Positions 1 to 10,703 of a stretch of DNA of 64,000 nucleotides are shown piece by piece. The position numbers were made by a program, and so were the translations under genes. Location of the stretch: assembly GCA_965541585.1 (NCBI GenBank), contig CBEUCH010000003.1, positions 96,001-160,000 on the forward strand. Direction: 5' to 3'. This stretch comes from an uncultured bacterium. GTDB taxonomy: Bacteria > Zixibacteria > MSB-5A5 > UBA10806. Under the pieces are notes generated by a model that worked only from the letters and a program-made list of their open reading frames with translations, did not search any database and was not told the origin of the DNA. Position 1 is the first letter of the stretch; each line of letters begins with the position of its first letter.

Positions 1-1
1 T

Positions 2-1672
2 GCCGACTACCACTACGCCAGCCATGAGGGGAGCGACGAATACCCCTATACATCTTGGGAGACCGGGGCCTGGCTCATACAGGACGCGGTGGATGCCACC
101 GATCCCCGTGATACGCTGTATATAGGCTCCGGGGATTGGTTTGAGGCGGTGGCCACCGACGTGTATGATTCTATAGCTATTATCGGTATGGGAATGGACA
201 GCACCTTCTGCCACACCGACGAACATCATGTGACGGTCATGGTCACTGATTACGGCTGTTCGGTCGAGGGCATTACATTCTGGCATGATGATAATTGGAA
301 GTGCCTCCGAGCCAGGGCGTTCGCCGATATATCCGTGAAAAATTGTAAGTTCCTCAATTCATGGGTCGGCGTTGAGGTGTCGGGCGGGCCCACGACAATT
401 ACTGACTGCATTTTTGACAGTTGCCGAAGATCGATATTCCTTCCGGGTTGGCGAGGAGATTATTTTATAAGTAACAACCTTATACTAAATGGGTATGAAA
501 ATGAGGCTATGTTGCTTCGAGTCCGATCAGCGATTGTCGAAAACAATATCATTATCAATTCGGATGACAATATGGATGGGATGCATGGTACATCTGCAAT
601 TATAAGAAACAATATAGTGATAAACGGTTCACGGGGAATAGCGGTCGATTTTGACAGCGTCTATAACAACGTAGTTATGAATATCAATTTCCCGAGCGTA
701 TCAAACTGGGGTATTGTGAATTCGGGGTATCCTTTTGATGTCGATTCTATTTTCAACAATTCCATAACAGGCTGTATTATTGGAGTGTTGGTCCACAGTC
801 CCATATACATAAGCCATAACAACTTCCGGGACAACGATACGTATATATATAATTCGGAAAATCATCAGATTGATTCCGTCGGGAACATCTACTCATACCC
901 AATGTATTATTCCGAAGAAGATCTTCATCTGCAGGCGTTTTCTCCGCTTATCGATGCCGGCGATCCCAACTACTTCGATGTTGACGGTTCCAGATCTGAT
1001 ATAGGGGCTTATGGAGGGCCTTATGGGGAGTCTTACGATTACCAGGATCTGCCGCCGAGGATCCCCGACAGCCTATCGGCAATAATCAGCTATGATGATT
1101 CCACGATCTATTTAAGCTGGCTTTATAACTATGAGGCTGATTTCGGCCATTATATGTTGCATCGCTCCGAGGAGTCCGGTTTCGAGCCCGATTATATGAA
1201 TCTTATCGCCGAGCCGGAAACATCTTATTATGAGGACAACGATTGGGTATTTGGCCAGGATTATTACTATAGAATAGCCTCTGTGGACAGCCAGGGGAAT
1301 ATCTCGGGATATTCTGAGGAACTGGCAGTCATTCAGACGGGTGTATACGAAACCGGGGGTTCTCAAATACCGTTCTTGACGGAGTTGCGGAATAATTATC
1401 CCAATCCGTTTAACAGCAGTACTACCATTGTCTATTCTGTTGCCAATATGGGTCCTATCCCGGCCAGGATCGAAATAGGCATCTACGATATTTCCGGCAG
1501 GAAGGTAAGGACATTGATAGATGAAAGGATGGGCGTCGGGGTCTATAGAGCCATCTGGGACGGCAAGACCGACGACGGGCGTGAGTGCTCCTCGGGTGTA
1601 TATTTTGCCCGAATAAATCAATGGGGTCTCGATCTTAACGGGAGACCTGTGAAACTGATGTTGATTCGATGA
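2..1672 (+). CDS. Secreted right-handed beta-helix protein with Fn3-like region and T9SS/FlgD-type C-terminal sorting domain (5' truncated by window)
   Basis: Frame is open from base 2 (ADYHYASHEGSDEYPY...). NN-I-I-N beta-helix repeats, LHLQAFSPLIDAGDP motif, C-terminal NYPNPFN...IYDISGRKVRTL...WDG...SSGVYF. Confidence 0.85.
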   Translation, partial: ADYHYASHEGSDEYPYTSWETGAWLIQDAVDATDPRDTLYIGSGDWFEAVATDVYDSIAIIGMGMDSTFCHTDEHHVTVMVTDYGCSVEGITFWHDDNWKCLRARAFADISVKNCKFLNSWVGVEVSGGPTTITDCIFDSCRRSIFLPGWRGDYFISNNLILNGYENEAMLLRVRSAIVENNIIINSDDNMDGMHGTSAIIRNNIVINGSRGIAVDFDSVYNNVVMNINFPSVSNWGIVNSGYPFDVDSIFNNSITGCIIGVLVHSPIYISHNNFRDNDTYIYNSENHQIDSVGNIYSYPMYYSEEDLHLQAFSPLIDAGDPNYFDVDGSRSDIGAYGGPYGESYDYQDLPPRIPDSLSAIISYDDSTIYLSWLYNYEADFGHYMLHRSEESGFEPDYMNLIAEPETSYYEDNDWVFGQDYYYRIASVDSQGNISGYSEELAVIQTGVYETGGSQIPFLTELRNNYPNPFNSSTTIVYSVANMGPIPARIEIGIYDISGRKVRTLIDERMGVGVYRAIWDGKTDDGRECSSGVYFARINQWGLDLNGRPVKLMLIR

Positions 1673-1686
1673 AGGGAGGGAATCAG

Positions 1687-4600
1687 ATGTTGAGGATTTT
1701 CAAGATTGTCATAACGATCATTGTGATTTCCTATGCTGCTTATGGAATCATAAGGGCGGACAACGAGTTGCCGTTCGGGGCGTGGTCATCGCAGCATGCG
1801 GATAAAGTAGATCCCTACGATGACGATATGCTGACCACACTTCACGACACTCTCGGTTTCAATGTCTGGAATTCCGGTGGTTTTAACGAGTACCAGGTCG
1901 GTCGCTGGTATGATGATGGGATCATGTCGATTCCGGTAGGTATCTACGCCGACACAAATGGTATCCTGATCGATTCACTAACCGAGGCTCATTACAAATA
2001 CTCGCTGGCGCAATACTTGATAGTCCAGGCGGAGGATGAATCGTCGGATTTCAGGTTTAAGATCAACAATGAATCCACTCCGGATGACACCATTCTGGTT
2101 TATAGCGAGCCGGATGCTGTAATGCTGGACGACCTGGTCTTTACCCAAACGCGTACGGAACATGCCTTGCATGGTTGGCAGGAGGAGGTTCTTTATACGC
2201 CATATCTCAAGATCGGTTATCTTCGAGAGAGCTGGACGGATTCCAGCGATGTTCTGGGCAGGTTTCGGGTGATACCGACGGACGACACTACGGACGTCAG
2301 GCTGGACACGCTTATAACAGCGGGGCAGCTGCCCTCTGATTCGACCCTGACTCTATTGGAGTTGGGTGAATACACGACCTGGGATACCAGTTGGGACCTA
2401 AGAAATGTGAGATTCCAGTTTATAAAGCCTGATTCGCACACGGTCATGATAGATTATTTCAAAGTCCACTGCCAGGAGGGTGACAATCTTATAGATCTTG
2501 GTGAATACGATGACGAGATAAAAGAGTCTGCCGCCCGCAAGGCTTATGAGGGCAAGATACACGCCTGGTATTTAAGAGACGAGCCAAAACCCGGTCATTT
2601 TAGTGCCAGCGGCTACGTGAATTCGCTTATCAAACAGGCAATGCTCGATTCGCTCTGGGATGAATCTAACAGGGTTGAGGGGATGCAGAATTTCATTATT
2701 CGCAATCCGGGCATCAAAGACTTCATACGGCTGGCCGATCCCAACAGGTTGTTTTTGCATCTATATCCTTATCTTGGAGGCGGTGATGGTACAGCGCTTG
2801 TATTATATACAGGTACGACCTGGTTCAATGGCGATGATCATCCTATAGGTCTGCAGGCCTCGTTGAATTACAAAATTGCCAGGCAGGCCGATACGGCGAG
2901 AGGAGTCATAAGCGAAACGTCCAATTCGGTGGTCGAATGGTGGTATACCGCGCAGGCTTTTGCATCAACTGATGAACGCTGGCGCGCCCCGACGAATTCT
3001 GAGTTCAGATGCGCCCTGTATCTGGGTATGTGCTACCAGCCCAGGGGCATAGTCTATTGGAAATTCGACGGGACTACTTCTAAGCCGTTTTCTATAACGG
3101 ACACAAATTATGAGCCGACCAGGTTGTGGACCGTGATCGAGGATGAAATTAATCCTTACATCAAGGCCATTGATTCTAAGTATCTGGATCTGACCTGGGA
3201 AGACGCGTATTATATTGGGGCGGACTCAGCTATGCCAGCCGGTTGGATCGATACGATTTACGCAACATCCAACTCTTCCGATCCCAATCCCGATCTTGGT
3301 TGGTTCCATGTTGGTGAATTTACGGAGGGAAGCGATAAATACATCATGCTGGTCAACAGGGCCTGCTCTCAAGGCGAAGACGATCCCACTCCTGCTCCTT
3401 CAATTACAGCGACGGTGAAATTCGATGCTGGTAACCTTGGTTGGAACTACGTTTACATCATCGACATCGCTGATTCTGTGGATTACGTAGATTACGATTC
3501 CGTCGCCTTCTGGCCCGACACCACCTACTCCGCCAAGCTCAACGGCACCATCCCCTTCACCACCGTGCTTGGCCCGGGTGAAGGACGGTTGTTCAAGATA
3601 GTGGGGACGAATCAACTCAATTTAATAGATACCATAAACACGAATTATACATACCAGGGCAAGATCAAAGTAACAGCCGACGCAGTCGTCCCGGCTGACA
3701 GCGTAATGAAAATCCGCGGTCCTGCGGAATTACACGCATATCGCTGTCCGACCGACAGCAGTGGAGTGGATTCTTTCAAGGTCGAGATTATTGTAAACGG
3801 GACGCTTGATGCTGAGGGAACGGCTTCCGATTCTGTTTTCTTTATCTCGGACACGACTCCTTGTGGCCACCCCTTATTACCGGATGACCCGGAACCCGGT
3901 GACTGGTATGGAATATATTTCGATGAAGATGCCGACGGTACGCTCGAATACTGCTCCATCCAATACGCTACGTATGGAATTGAAATGAGGAAAAACTCAG
4001 AGGTCGGCATTACCGATTGCAGCATCGGCAACAATTCCATCGCAGGCGTATATAACTTCGGCGGTTCTCTTGACCTGGCTAATTCAACGGTTTCGGATAA
4101 CGGCACATACGGACTATTTGGGTATCGCGCAGCGGATTCGGTTTACAATACGCATTTTCTGGACAATGAATCATATGGAATTAAGATTGAGGGCACCAAA
4201 CTAACTAACGATTCGACATTCCTTCTTTGCGATACGTTGAGCTATCTGTCGTCCCCGTCCCAATACGGTATTCTGGTTGACAAGAACGACTACATCAGAA
4301 TTGATCAATGCAAGATCAGCGGCTATGACCAGGGTGCAATTCGTCTCACCAGTTCCGACGCGCTCATAAGCAATAGCAATTTTACTTCTACGGTCGATTA
4401 CAGTACATATTACGGTATTTATGCAGGGAATACTTCCTATCCGTACGTAAGGAGCTGCCTGTTCGATTCTGTGAGGATCGGGGTAAAGGTAGTCACCCCG
4501 GCCAAACCCGATCTGGGCATTGATAGTCAAGGCGAATATGGCAACTCCTCATTCCTTGCCTGCTCCACTTTTGTTCATTATTCAGGTCTTACGCCCGCAA

Positions 4601-5028
4601 CCTATGACACGCTATGGGCACAAAGGAACTGGTGGGGCAATCCTGTTGATCCCACGAAATTTTACACTGATGATCCTATAAACAAGGTAATTCGATGGTG
4701 GCCGCCCCTTCTACAGCAGCCGAAAATGGAAATAGGCCGACAGATTCCGTTAATGTTTTCCTTGCAACAGAACTACCCCAATCCGTTCAATCCCACGACT
4801 ACCATATCGTTTACGCTTGAGAAACCTGCTCATACCGTTATAACAATCTACAATATACTGGGGCAAAAAATCGCTACTCCAGTAAATGAATATCTTGGAA
4901 TCGGCGAACAAAGCGTATTCTGGAATGGCAGGAACAGTTCGGGCATTCGTGTATCATCGGGAGTGTATTTTTATACGATCGAATCGGGCGATCATTTCAA
5001 CTCAAAAAAGATGCTGTTACTACGATAG
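1687..5028 (+). CDS. Large secreted protein: unknown N-terminal domain, beta-helix region, T9SS/FlgD-type CTD
   Basis: Signal peptide MLRIFKIVITIIVISYAAYG after GGGAGGG RBS (alternative start 1669). C-terminal QNYPNPFNPTTTISF...IYNILGQ...SSGVYFY...KKMLLLR. Confidence 0.85.
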   Translation: MLRIFKIVITIIVISYAAYGIIRADNELPFGAWSSQHADKVDPYDDDMLTTLHDTLGFNVWNSGGFNEYQVGRWYDDGIMSIPVGIYADTNGILIDSLTEAHYKYSLAQYLIVQAEDESSDFRFKINNESTPDDTILVYSEPDAVMLDDLVFTQTRTEHALHGWQEEVLYTPYLKIGYLRESWTDSSDVLGRFRVIPTDDTTDVRLDTLITAGQLPSDSTLTLLELGEYTTWDTSWDLRNVRFQFIKPDSHTVMIDYFKVHCQEGDNLIDLGEYDDEIKESAARKAYEGKIHAWYLRDEPKPGHFSASGYVNSLIKQAMLDSLWDESNRVEGMQNFIIRNPGIKDFIRLADPNRLFLHLYPYLGGGDGTALVLYTGTTWFNGDDHPIGLQASLNYKIARQADTARGVISETSNSVVEWWYTAQAFASTDERWRAPTNSEFRCALYLGMCYQPRGIVYWKFDGTTSKPFSITDTNYEPTRLWTVIEDEINPYIKAIDSKYLDLTWEDAYYIGADSAMPAGWIDTIYATSNSSDPNPDLGWFHVGEFTEGSDKYIMLVNRACSQGEDDPTPAPSITATVKFDAGNLGWNYVYIIDIADSVDYVDYDSVAFWPDTTYSAKLNGTIPFTTVLGPGEGRLFKIVGTNQLNLIDTINTNYTYQGKIKVTADAVVPADSVMKIRGPAELHAYRCPTDSSGVDSFKVEIIVNGTLDAEGTASDSVFFISDTTPCGHPLLPDDPEPGDWYGIYFDEDADGTLEYCSIQYATYGIEMRKNSEVGITDCSIGNNSIAGVYNFGGSLDLANSTVSDNGTYGLFGYRAADSVYNTHFLDNESYGIKIEGTKLTNDSTFLLCDTLSYLSSPSQYGILVDKNDYIRIDQCKISGYDQGAIRLTSSDALISNSNFTSTVDYSTYYGIYAGNTSYPYVRSCLFDSVRIGVKVVTPAKPDLGIDSQGEYGNSSFLACSTFVHYSGLTPATYDTLWAQRNWWGNPVDPTKFYTDDPINKVIRWWPPLLQQPKMEIGRQIPLMFSLQQNYPNPFNPTTTISFTLEKPAHTVITIYNILGQKIATPVNEYLGIGEQSVFWNGRNSSGIRVSSGVYFYTIESGDHFNSKKMLLLR

Positions 5029-5037
5029 GAGGGAGAG

Positions 5038-5568
5038 ATGCGGTATTTGGCAATATCATTAATGGCCTTGATAATTGTCTCCCCGGCCATTAGCGCAGAG
5101 GTTACGGCGAATCTCGATCGTTGTGTGGTTTTAAACGCTGAAAACGATAATACAGCCGAAAGTAAAATAGCCATGCATTTTGCTTTACCTGAAGAAGTAT
5201 CCGAAAAAGAGGTTGTCTACGCTGAGATTTATATCCCGATACAGATACAGCGTCAAGATTCTGATTCCCTTTTCGAATTCCGCCTTTACCCCCTGCTATC
5301 GGGATGGTCGGAGGACGAAATTGATTTCGAAAACAGCGAGGATATCACCGACAGTTTGAGTGCGGGGGCCTATACCGTCATGCTGGGAGAGGCCAACGAG
5401 TTCCATATCGATATCACCTCTTTTGTCCGAGAAGCCACTGAAGGCGAACGGCCGAATCATGGATTGATAGCGATTGCGGATCTCCTCGGCGATGCTAATA
5501 TCAGGTTGCCTGAAAACCTTGACGGGCCTATTAGAACCTCAGCAAGGGTCAGGATCGTATATAAGTAG
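5038..5568 (+). CDS. Secreted hypothetical protein, DNRLRE-like domain
   Basis: Signal peptide, RBS GGAGGG; W-S-E-x-x-I and IDITSFVR...NHGL motifs resemble DNRLRE-domain proteins. Confidence 0.6.
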   Translation: MRYLAISLMALIIVSPAISAEVTANLDRCVVLNAENDNTAESKIAMHFALPEEVSEKEVVYAEIYIPIQIQRQDSDSLFEFRLYPLLSGWSEDEIDFENSEDITDSLSAGAYTVMLGEANEFHIDITSFVREATEGERPNHGLIAIADLLGDANIRLPENLDGPIRTSARVRIVYK

Positions 5569-5714
5569 GCAAACAGTGTAAAACTTCTTTTACGCTTGGC
5601 CCGGGAGAGGGGCGGCTGTTTAAGATAGTTCAGACCTTGCAGCAATAGCGAGGCAGACAAAAGCCCCACGGTTTCGCTTTAAATCCATTTCAAAAAACTA
5701 TATAATCTCTATCG

Positions 5715-6374
5715 ATGGAGACTATCGTTGTCATCCCGGCCTACAATTCGGCCGAGGCGCTATCCTCGCTTCTGCCCGCCGTTAAAACTCATCTCCCGGA
5801 TATCGTGGTTATAGATGACGGCTCTGCAGATGAAACATCGCCCGTCTCTTCGCGAGAGGGTGTGAAAGTCATCAGGCATGAGGCCAACCGCGGAAAAGGT
5901 ACGGCGCTTAAAACCGGTTTCGCTTATGCGCTGGCAAACGGCTATGATCTTATCATCACCCTGGATTCCGACGGCCAGCATGATCCGAAATACATCCCAT
6001 CATTCTTGCAGGCTTACAATGAATCGGGAGCAGACCTGATAATCGGCTCTCGAATCCGAAATAAGGGCGATATGCCCTGGGACCGTCGGTTCTCCAACCG
6101 AGTTACATCCCGTATCCTGACTCTTATTCTAAGAAAAAGTATAGAGGACTCACAATGTGGTTATCGCCTTATCTCTCGAAGATTGTTGGAATCGATCAGC
6201 CTCGAATCGGAGAAATTCGAGCTGGAAACCGAAATAATCATAAAAGCGGTCCGAGCCGGCTTCGAAATCGATTTTCTTCCCCTCGTGGTAAAATATGAAA
6301 AATCCTTTCCGACACATATCAGCCGGTTTGCCGATACCCTGCGCTGGTGCCGCAAGGTCCTTGAGTTGAGCTGA
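5715..6374 (+). CDS. Glycosyltransferase family 2 (DPM-synthase-like)
   Basis: VIPAYN, VIDDGSAD, NRGKG, TLDSDGQH, DSQCGYR motifs. Confidence 0.92.
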   Translation: METIVVIPAYNSAEALSSLLPAVKTHLPDIVVIDDGSADETSPVSSREGVKVIRHEANRGKGTALKTGFAYALANGYDLIITLDSDGQHDPKYIPSFLQAYNESGADLIIGSRIRNKGDMPWDRRFSNRVTSRILTLILRKSIEDSQCGYRLISRRLLESISLESEKFELETEIIIKAVRAGFEIDFLPLVVKYEKSFPTHISRFADTLRWCRKVLELS

Positions 6375-6418
6375 ACAAAACCCTTGCAGAGTTTCGAGCA
6401 TGGTCGTTAATTTGCCAT

Positions 6419-7177
6419 ATGCTGATACTCGTTTCCAACGACGACGGCTACCAATCGGCGGGAATCAAGGCTCTGGCCAGGAGCATGAGAAAACTCGGCC
6501 GGGTCGTCACCGTGGCGCCGATGTGGGAGCAATCCGGCACCAGCCATTCGCTGACTCTCTCTCGCCCCCTGCGAGCTAAAAAGATCTCACAGGACGTTTA
6601 CGCTGTTTCGGGTACTCCCACGGATGCCGTGATGATTGCCGTCTATTGCATTCTGAAGAAAAAACCCGATATCCTGATTTCAGGGATCAACCATGGACCG
6701 AATCTGGGGGATGATGTCACATACTCCGGTACGGTGGCTGCGGCAATGGAGGGCACCATTCTCGATATCCCGTCTATAGCAATTTCCCAGACGTTAACGA
6801 ACCAGGTGAGCGCCTCTATCGGCAGGCGATTCGATAAGGCCGCCCGCTTCGCCGCCAGGTTGACAAAAGCCATCATGCAATATGGACTTCCCGAGGGGAT
6901 TTTGCTTAACGTGAACGTCCCCGACGGCAAAAAGGCCGATGCCCGACGTTTCAGGATAACCCGTTTAGGCAAAAGAGAATACCGTGACGTTATCACCGAG
7001 AAAATAGACCCGCGAGGTGAGCCATATTTCTGGATCGCAGGCCATTATATAGTCACTGACAAGGGCCCTGATACCGACTACGGCGCCATTCAAAATAACT
7101 ATATCTCTGTGACTCCCATGGACATAGATCTTACAAGCATAGAATCCCACGACAATATGAAAAAATGGAAGATATAG
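6419..7177 (+). CDS. surE: 5'/3'-nucleotidase SurE
   Basis: SNDDG, GTPTDAV, SGINHGPNLG, YSGTVAAA motifs. Confidence 0.97.
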   Translation: MLILVSNDDGYQSAGIKALARSMRKLGRVVTVAPMWEQSGTSHSLTLSRPLRAKKISQDVYAVSGTPTDAVMIAVYCILKKKPDILISGINHGPNLGDDVTYSGTVAAAMEGTILDIPSIAISQTLTNQVSASIGRRFDKAARFAARLTKAIMQYGLPEGILLNVNVPDGKKADARRFRITRLGKREYRDVITEKIDPRGEPYFWIAGHYIVTDKGPDTDYGAIQNNYISVTPMDIDLTSIESHDNMKKWKI

Positions 7178-7253
7178 CTATCGGTTATAATAGATAAGAT
7201 TGTCCTTTCTCTCTGGATGAAACCTATAAGAAATGGCCTGGATTACTATTATA

Positions 7254-7279
7254 TGAAACAAGTTAGTGAGGATTGCGTA
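7254..7279 (+). promoter_or_regulatory. ECF (SigW-like) promoter TGAAAC-N16-CGTA
   Basis: Exact match to the B. subtilis SigW consensus, 21 nt upstream of the TPR gene start. Confidence 0.6.
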
Positions 7280-7300
7280 GTTAAATACCGGAGGTGAAAT

Positions 7301-8761
7301 ATGTATCGGAGGGTTGTTTTAATAGTATTCGGGGTCTTGGTTACCTTCTCGGTAATTTATGCCCTGATGGATCGCAAAAAGGTAACGACGTCCTCGGACG
7401 AAGCATATAGAGCCTATCTCAAAGGAGAGGAATTAACCCATAAGCTTTATACAAAAGAGGCTCTGCAGGAGTTTGAAAAAGCCGTCAAGCTCGATTCGGA
7501 ATTCGCTATGGCATACGCAAGGATGGCCTGGCTTTATAAGGAATTCGGCCGCAAGGATGAGTACTTAGTGGCTAAAGAGAAGGCCCTTTCCCTTCTCGAT
7601 GACATAAAAGAAATAGAAAATATCCGGATTCAAATCGGGTTTGCCGAAGCTGACGGTAAATGGGATAAAGCAGAAAAATATATTAGTATGCTTATGGAGA
7701 AATTCCCTGAAAGTTTAGAGGCGCATAATACTCTGGCGCACCGGCTCTGGCGCAGAGACCAGATTGACAGTTCCATAACAGAGTTCTGGAAGGTGCTGGA
7801 TATCGATCCCGGCAATGCCCCGGCCTACAACATGCTCGGGTATCTATATTACTTTAGAGGGGAATATGACAAGGCTATAGAGTATATAAATGAGTATTCG
7901 ACAATGGCCCGCGATCAGGCAAATCCCCATGACTCCCACGGAGAAATATTGCTCTGGCTCGGTAGATACGATGAGGCTCTGAGGCAATTCCAGATAGCTG
8001 ACAGTATCAAGCCCGATCTATTTTTCGTTATAGGTCATATGGGTCAGGTTTACATGGCCAAGGGGATGTTTCGTGATGCCATCGGGGCCCTTCTCAGGGC
8101 AGGAGAACTGGCGACAGGCGAATCCGGCCGGATCGATAATGAATTGAGGCTCGCCGACTGCTACCTATTCTCAGGTCGGCCGGACGATGCTATAGGAGTG
8201 TTAGAGGAAGCTGTTGCGAGATCGCCAGAATCGAAGAGCCTTCATGCCCTTCTGGGGAGAATCTACGCTCTCGAGGGCAGAGTTGAAGAGGCCTTCGTCG
8301 AGCTCGGTACGCTAAAGGGAATAACTACGGAATACATTAAGAATAGGGCTCCCGATGATACAACGACAGCCAAAATGCCTATAGATCAGAGGCGCGTGGA
8401 GGCGCAGATCGCAGTCGCCAAAGGTGAATACGATAAGGCAATAGCTCTTTATAAAGAAGCCTTACCGGAGATACGCCTTCCATCCAGGCAATATTATGCT
8501 CATCTTCTAGCGGACACATATGTAATGGCCGGGATGCCTGACAGAGCCATCTCGGTATTGATGGAGTCTCTTAAGGATAATCCTAATTATCCTCTTTCCC
8601 TGATTACGCTCGCCGAGGCATATAAGGCCATGGGGCAGGCAAAAGCGCAAAGGGAAGCGCTTAATCGTCTCTTGGCAATCCTGAAAGATGCCGATGAGGA
8701 AATCCCGACTGTTCAGGAGGCCTTAGCTGAAATAAAAAGGATCGACGAGGTGATTCCTTAG
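7301..8761 (+). CDS. Membrane-anchored tetratricopeptide repeat protein
   Basis: N-terminal hydrophobic anchor, multiple TPR motifs (AYNMLGYLY, EFEKAVKLDSEFAMAY); RBS GGAGG. Confidence 0.88.
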   Translation: MYRRVVLIVFGVLVTFSVIYALMDRKKVTTSSDEAYRAYLKGEELTHKLYTKEALQEFEKAVKLDSEFAMAYARMAWLYKEFGRKDEYLVAKEKALSLLDDIKEIENIRIQIGFAEADGKWDKAEKYISMLMEKFPESLEAHNTLAHRLWRRDQIDSSITEFWKVLDIDPGNAPAYNMLGYLYYFRGEYDKAIEYINEYSTMARDQANPHDSHGEILLWLGRYDEALRQFQIADSIKPDLFFVIGHMGQVYMAKGMFRDAIGALLRAGELATGESGRIDNELRLADCYLFSGRPDDAIGVLEEAVARSPESKSLHALLGRIYALEGRVEEAFVELGTLKGITTEYIKNRAPDDTTTAKMPIDQRRVEAQIAVAKGEYDKAIALYKEALPEIRLPSRQYYAHLLADTYVMAGMPDRAISVLMESLKDNPNYPLSLITLAEAYKAMGQAKAQREALNRLLAILKDADEEIPTVQEALAEIKRIDEVIP

Positions 8762-9044
8762 CGTGGCGGTTCCTGATTGTAAGATATTTCCTTTCTTAGT
8801 ATAGCCCGGTATCACAAGCTCCACTGTATCAACGATATCGAAGATATCACTAACTATGGCCAGGCGATAATTATAGGATTCTTAAGTATTGGTCGAGGCA
8901 AAATAGCGAATATATTTGTGTTTGCATTGGATTATCTTATTACCGGGGCTGATTCAAGCGCATCCATTTCTTGATGCATTTATTATCGCATTCAATAGTC
9001 TGGCCTTGACTTTGATCTTACCGCCTTAAATAATAGTGAGGAAA

Positions 9045-10613
9045 ATGCTCTCTGCACGGTTTCTCAGACAATCGCTGGTAACTGCCTCGGTTATCACGAT
9101 CACGGCCAATATGCTAAGCAGGGTATTCGGTTATTTTCGTGAGGCCTCTATTGCCAATTATTTTGGCACCAGCTCGATTTTCGATACTTTCATTCTGGCT
9201 TTTACCATACCTGAGCTTGTAGCTGCCATAATTTTTACTGCCATGCCGGTAGCATTGTTGCCTGCGTTGAAGAAGATGCCACAGTGTTCTTCTGATGATG
9301 ATTCTAAAGCGTTTTGGTCGGGTTTAATAACTTTATCCCTTTTGTTTGCCGTAATTTCGATTTTGATTTTCGCCTTTCGAGGAGAAATTCTCAGGTGGCT
9401 GGCTCCCCAGCTCTCACCTGAACATTTTCCTAAAGGAACGCGTTTTCTAGCCATCTTATCGTTGTTTGTTATATTCAGGGGGATGGAAGCTTATTTCCGA
9501 AGTTGGCTTTTTGCAAAGAAACATTTCATAATACCAGCATTTTCCGGTATTGCATTGAATATTGTGATATTGGCGTCCCTGTTCTTATTCTATGATAAGT
9601 TTGACATTGAGACTTTGGCCTACGGCTGGCTGGGGGCATCAATCATTCTTTTTACGCTTAATGGTATAGCGGCGTTTTATGTTGTGCGACCGGGTTGTTG
9701 GACGATGATAAACAATCCCTGGCTAAAGATCCTCTTTCAATCGTTGTTTGCTATCGCCGCTTTGGAGAGCATATCACTTATATTCCCCTTGATCGATAGA
9801 TATCTGGCGGCGAAATGGCTGGGTCCGGGGCAGATTGCGGCTCTCAGATATGCCAGTATATTGATTCAGATTCCCACAGGCATATTTGTTGTGGCTCTTA
9901 ATGTGGCATCATTCCCGTGGATAACTGATTATTCTATTCCTGGTAAAATCGACAATCTTAAAGAGTTATATGAAGAAAGTTTTACTCTCCTCTTCTTCTC
10001 TCTCGGATTCACATCTCTGGCGATTTTGTTTTTTTCCACGGAGGTAGTAAGTGTGGCATTTCTGAGAGGCGCATTCGATAAGACCTCGTTAGAATTAACT
10101 GGCGCGCCATTACGGTTTTATGCGATGGCAGCGGTGTTTCATTCAATATATATATTTCAGATGAGATTCTTTTACGCTCGCTCAGCCTTTAAGAGGCTGG
10201 GAGTGATTCTTTTGATAAAACTCTTTATTAAACTTGTTCTTAGTATTCTGTTGATTGGCCCCATGGAACACAGCGGGCTGGCATTAGCGACGGCGATATC
10301 GTGGTTGTGTGCTTTTCTAATTATGACCTTTGACCTCCATCGGAATCTAAATATTTCAACCGGAAAACTCATATCATCGTCACCGCTAAGAACGGTGATT
10401 TTGCTGGGCGTTGTAGCGACGTTCTGGCTAATACTTAAGGAAATATGGCCCGGGGATGGAATTTCCAGTCTATATATGCTATTATTTCAATTGGGATTAG
10501 TAATCTTTTCGGGAGCCATTTTATATTTCGGATTAGGATTATTGCTTCGGATGCCTGAGCCAAAACGAATTCTCAATATTCTTTTGTTTAAATCATCGCG
10601 CAGGATGCATTAA
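9045..10613 (+). CDS. murJ: MurJ/MviN-family lipid II or polysaccharide flippase
   Basis: SRVFGYFRE...YFGTS...FILAFTIP; many TM helices; GLALATAI. Alternative start 9036. Confidence 0.8.
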   Translation: MLSARFLRQSLVTASVITITANMLSRVFGYFREASIANYFGTSSIFDTFILAFTIPELVAAIIFTAMPVALLPALKKMPQCSSDDDSKAFWSGLITLSLLFAVISILIFAFRGEILRWLAPQLSPEHFPKGTRFLAILSLFVIFRGMEAYFRSWLFAKKHFIIPAFSGIALNIVILASLFLFYDKFDIETLAYGWLGASIILFTLNGIAAFYVVRPGCWTMINNPWLKILFQSLFAIAALESISLIFPLIDRYLAAKWLGPGQIAALRYASILIQIPTGIFVVALNVASFPWITDYSIPGKIDNLKELYEESFTLLFFSLGFTSLAILFFSTEVVSVAFLRGAFDKTSLELTGAPLRFYAMAAVFHSIYIFQMRFFYARSAFKRLGVILLIKLFIKLVLSILLIGPMEHSGLALATAISWLCAFLIMTFDLHRNLNISTGKLISSSPLRTVILLGVVATFWLILKEIWPGDGISSLYMLLFQLGLVIFSGAILYFGLGLLLRMPEPKRILNILLFKSSRRMH

Positions 10614-10703
10614 GGGTTCTAAAGCCAGATATGTGGCTTTCAAGAGGAATCGTCGCCGGCATCCCTTGCAGTTCCGCCATAGCTGTCTGTTGCCCTGACA
10701 CAG

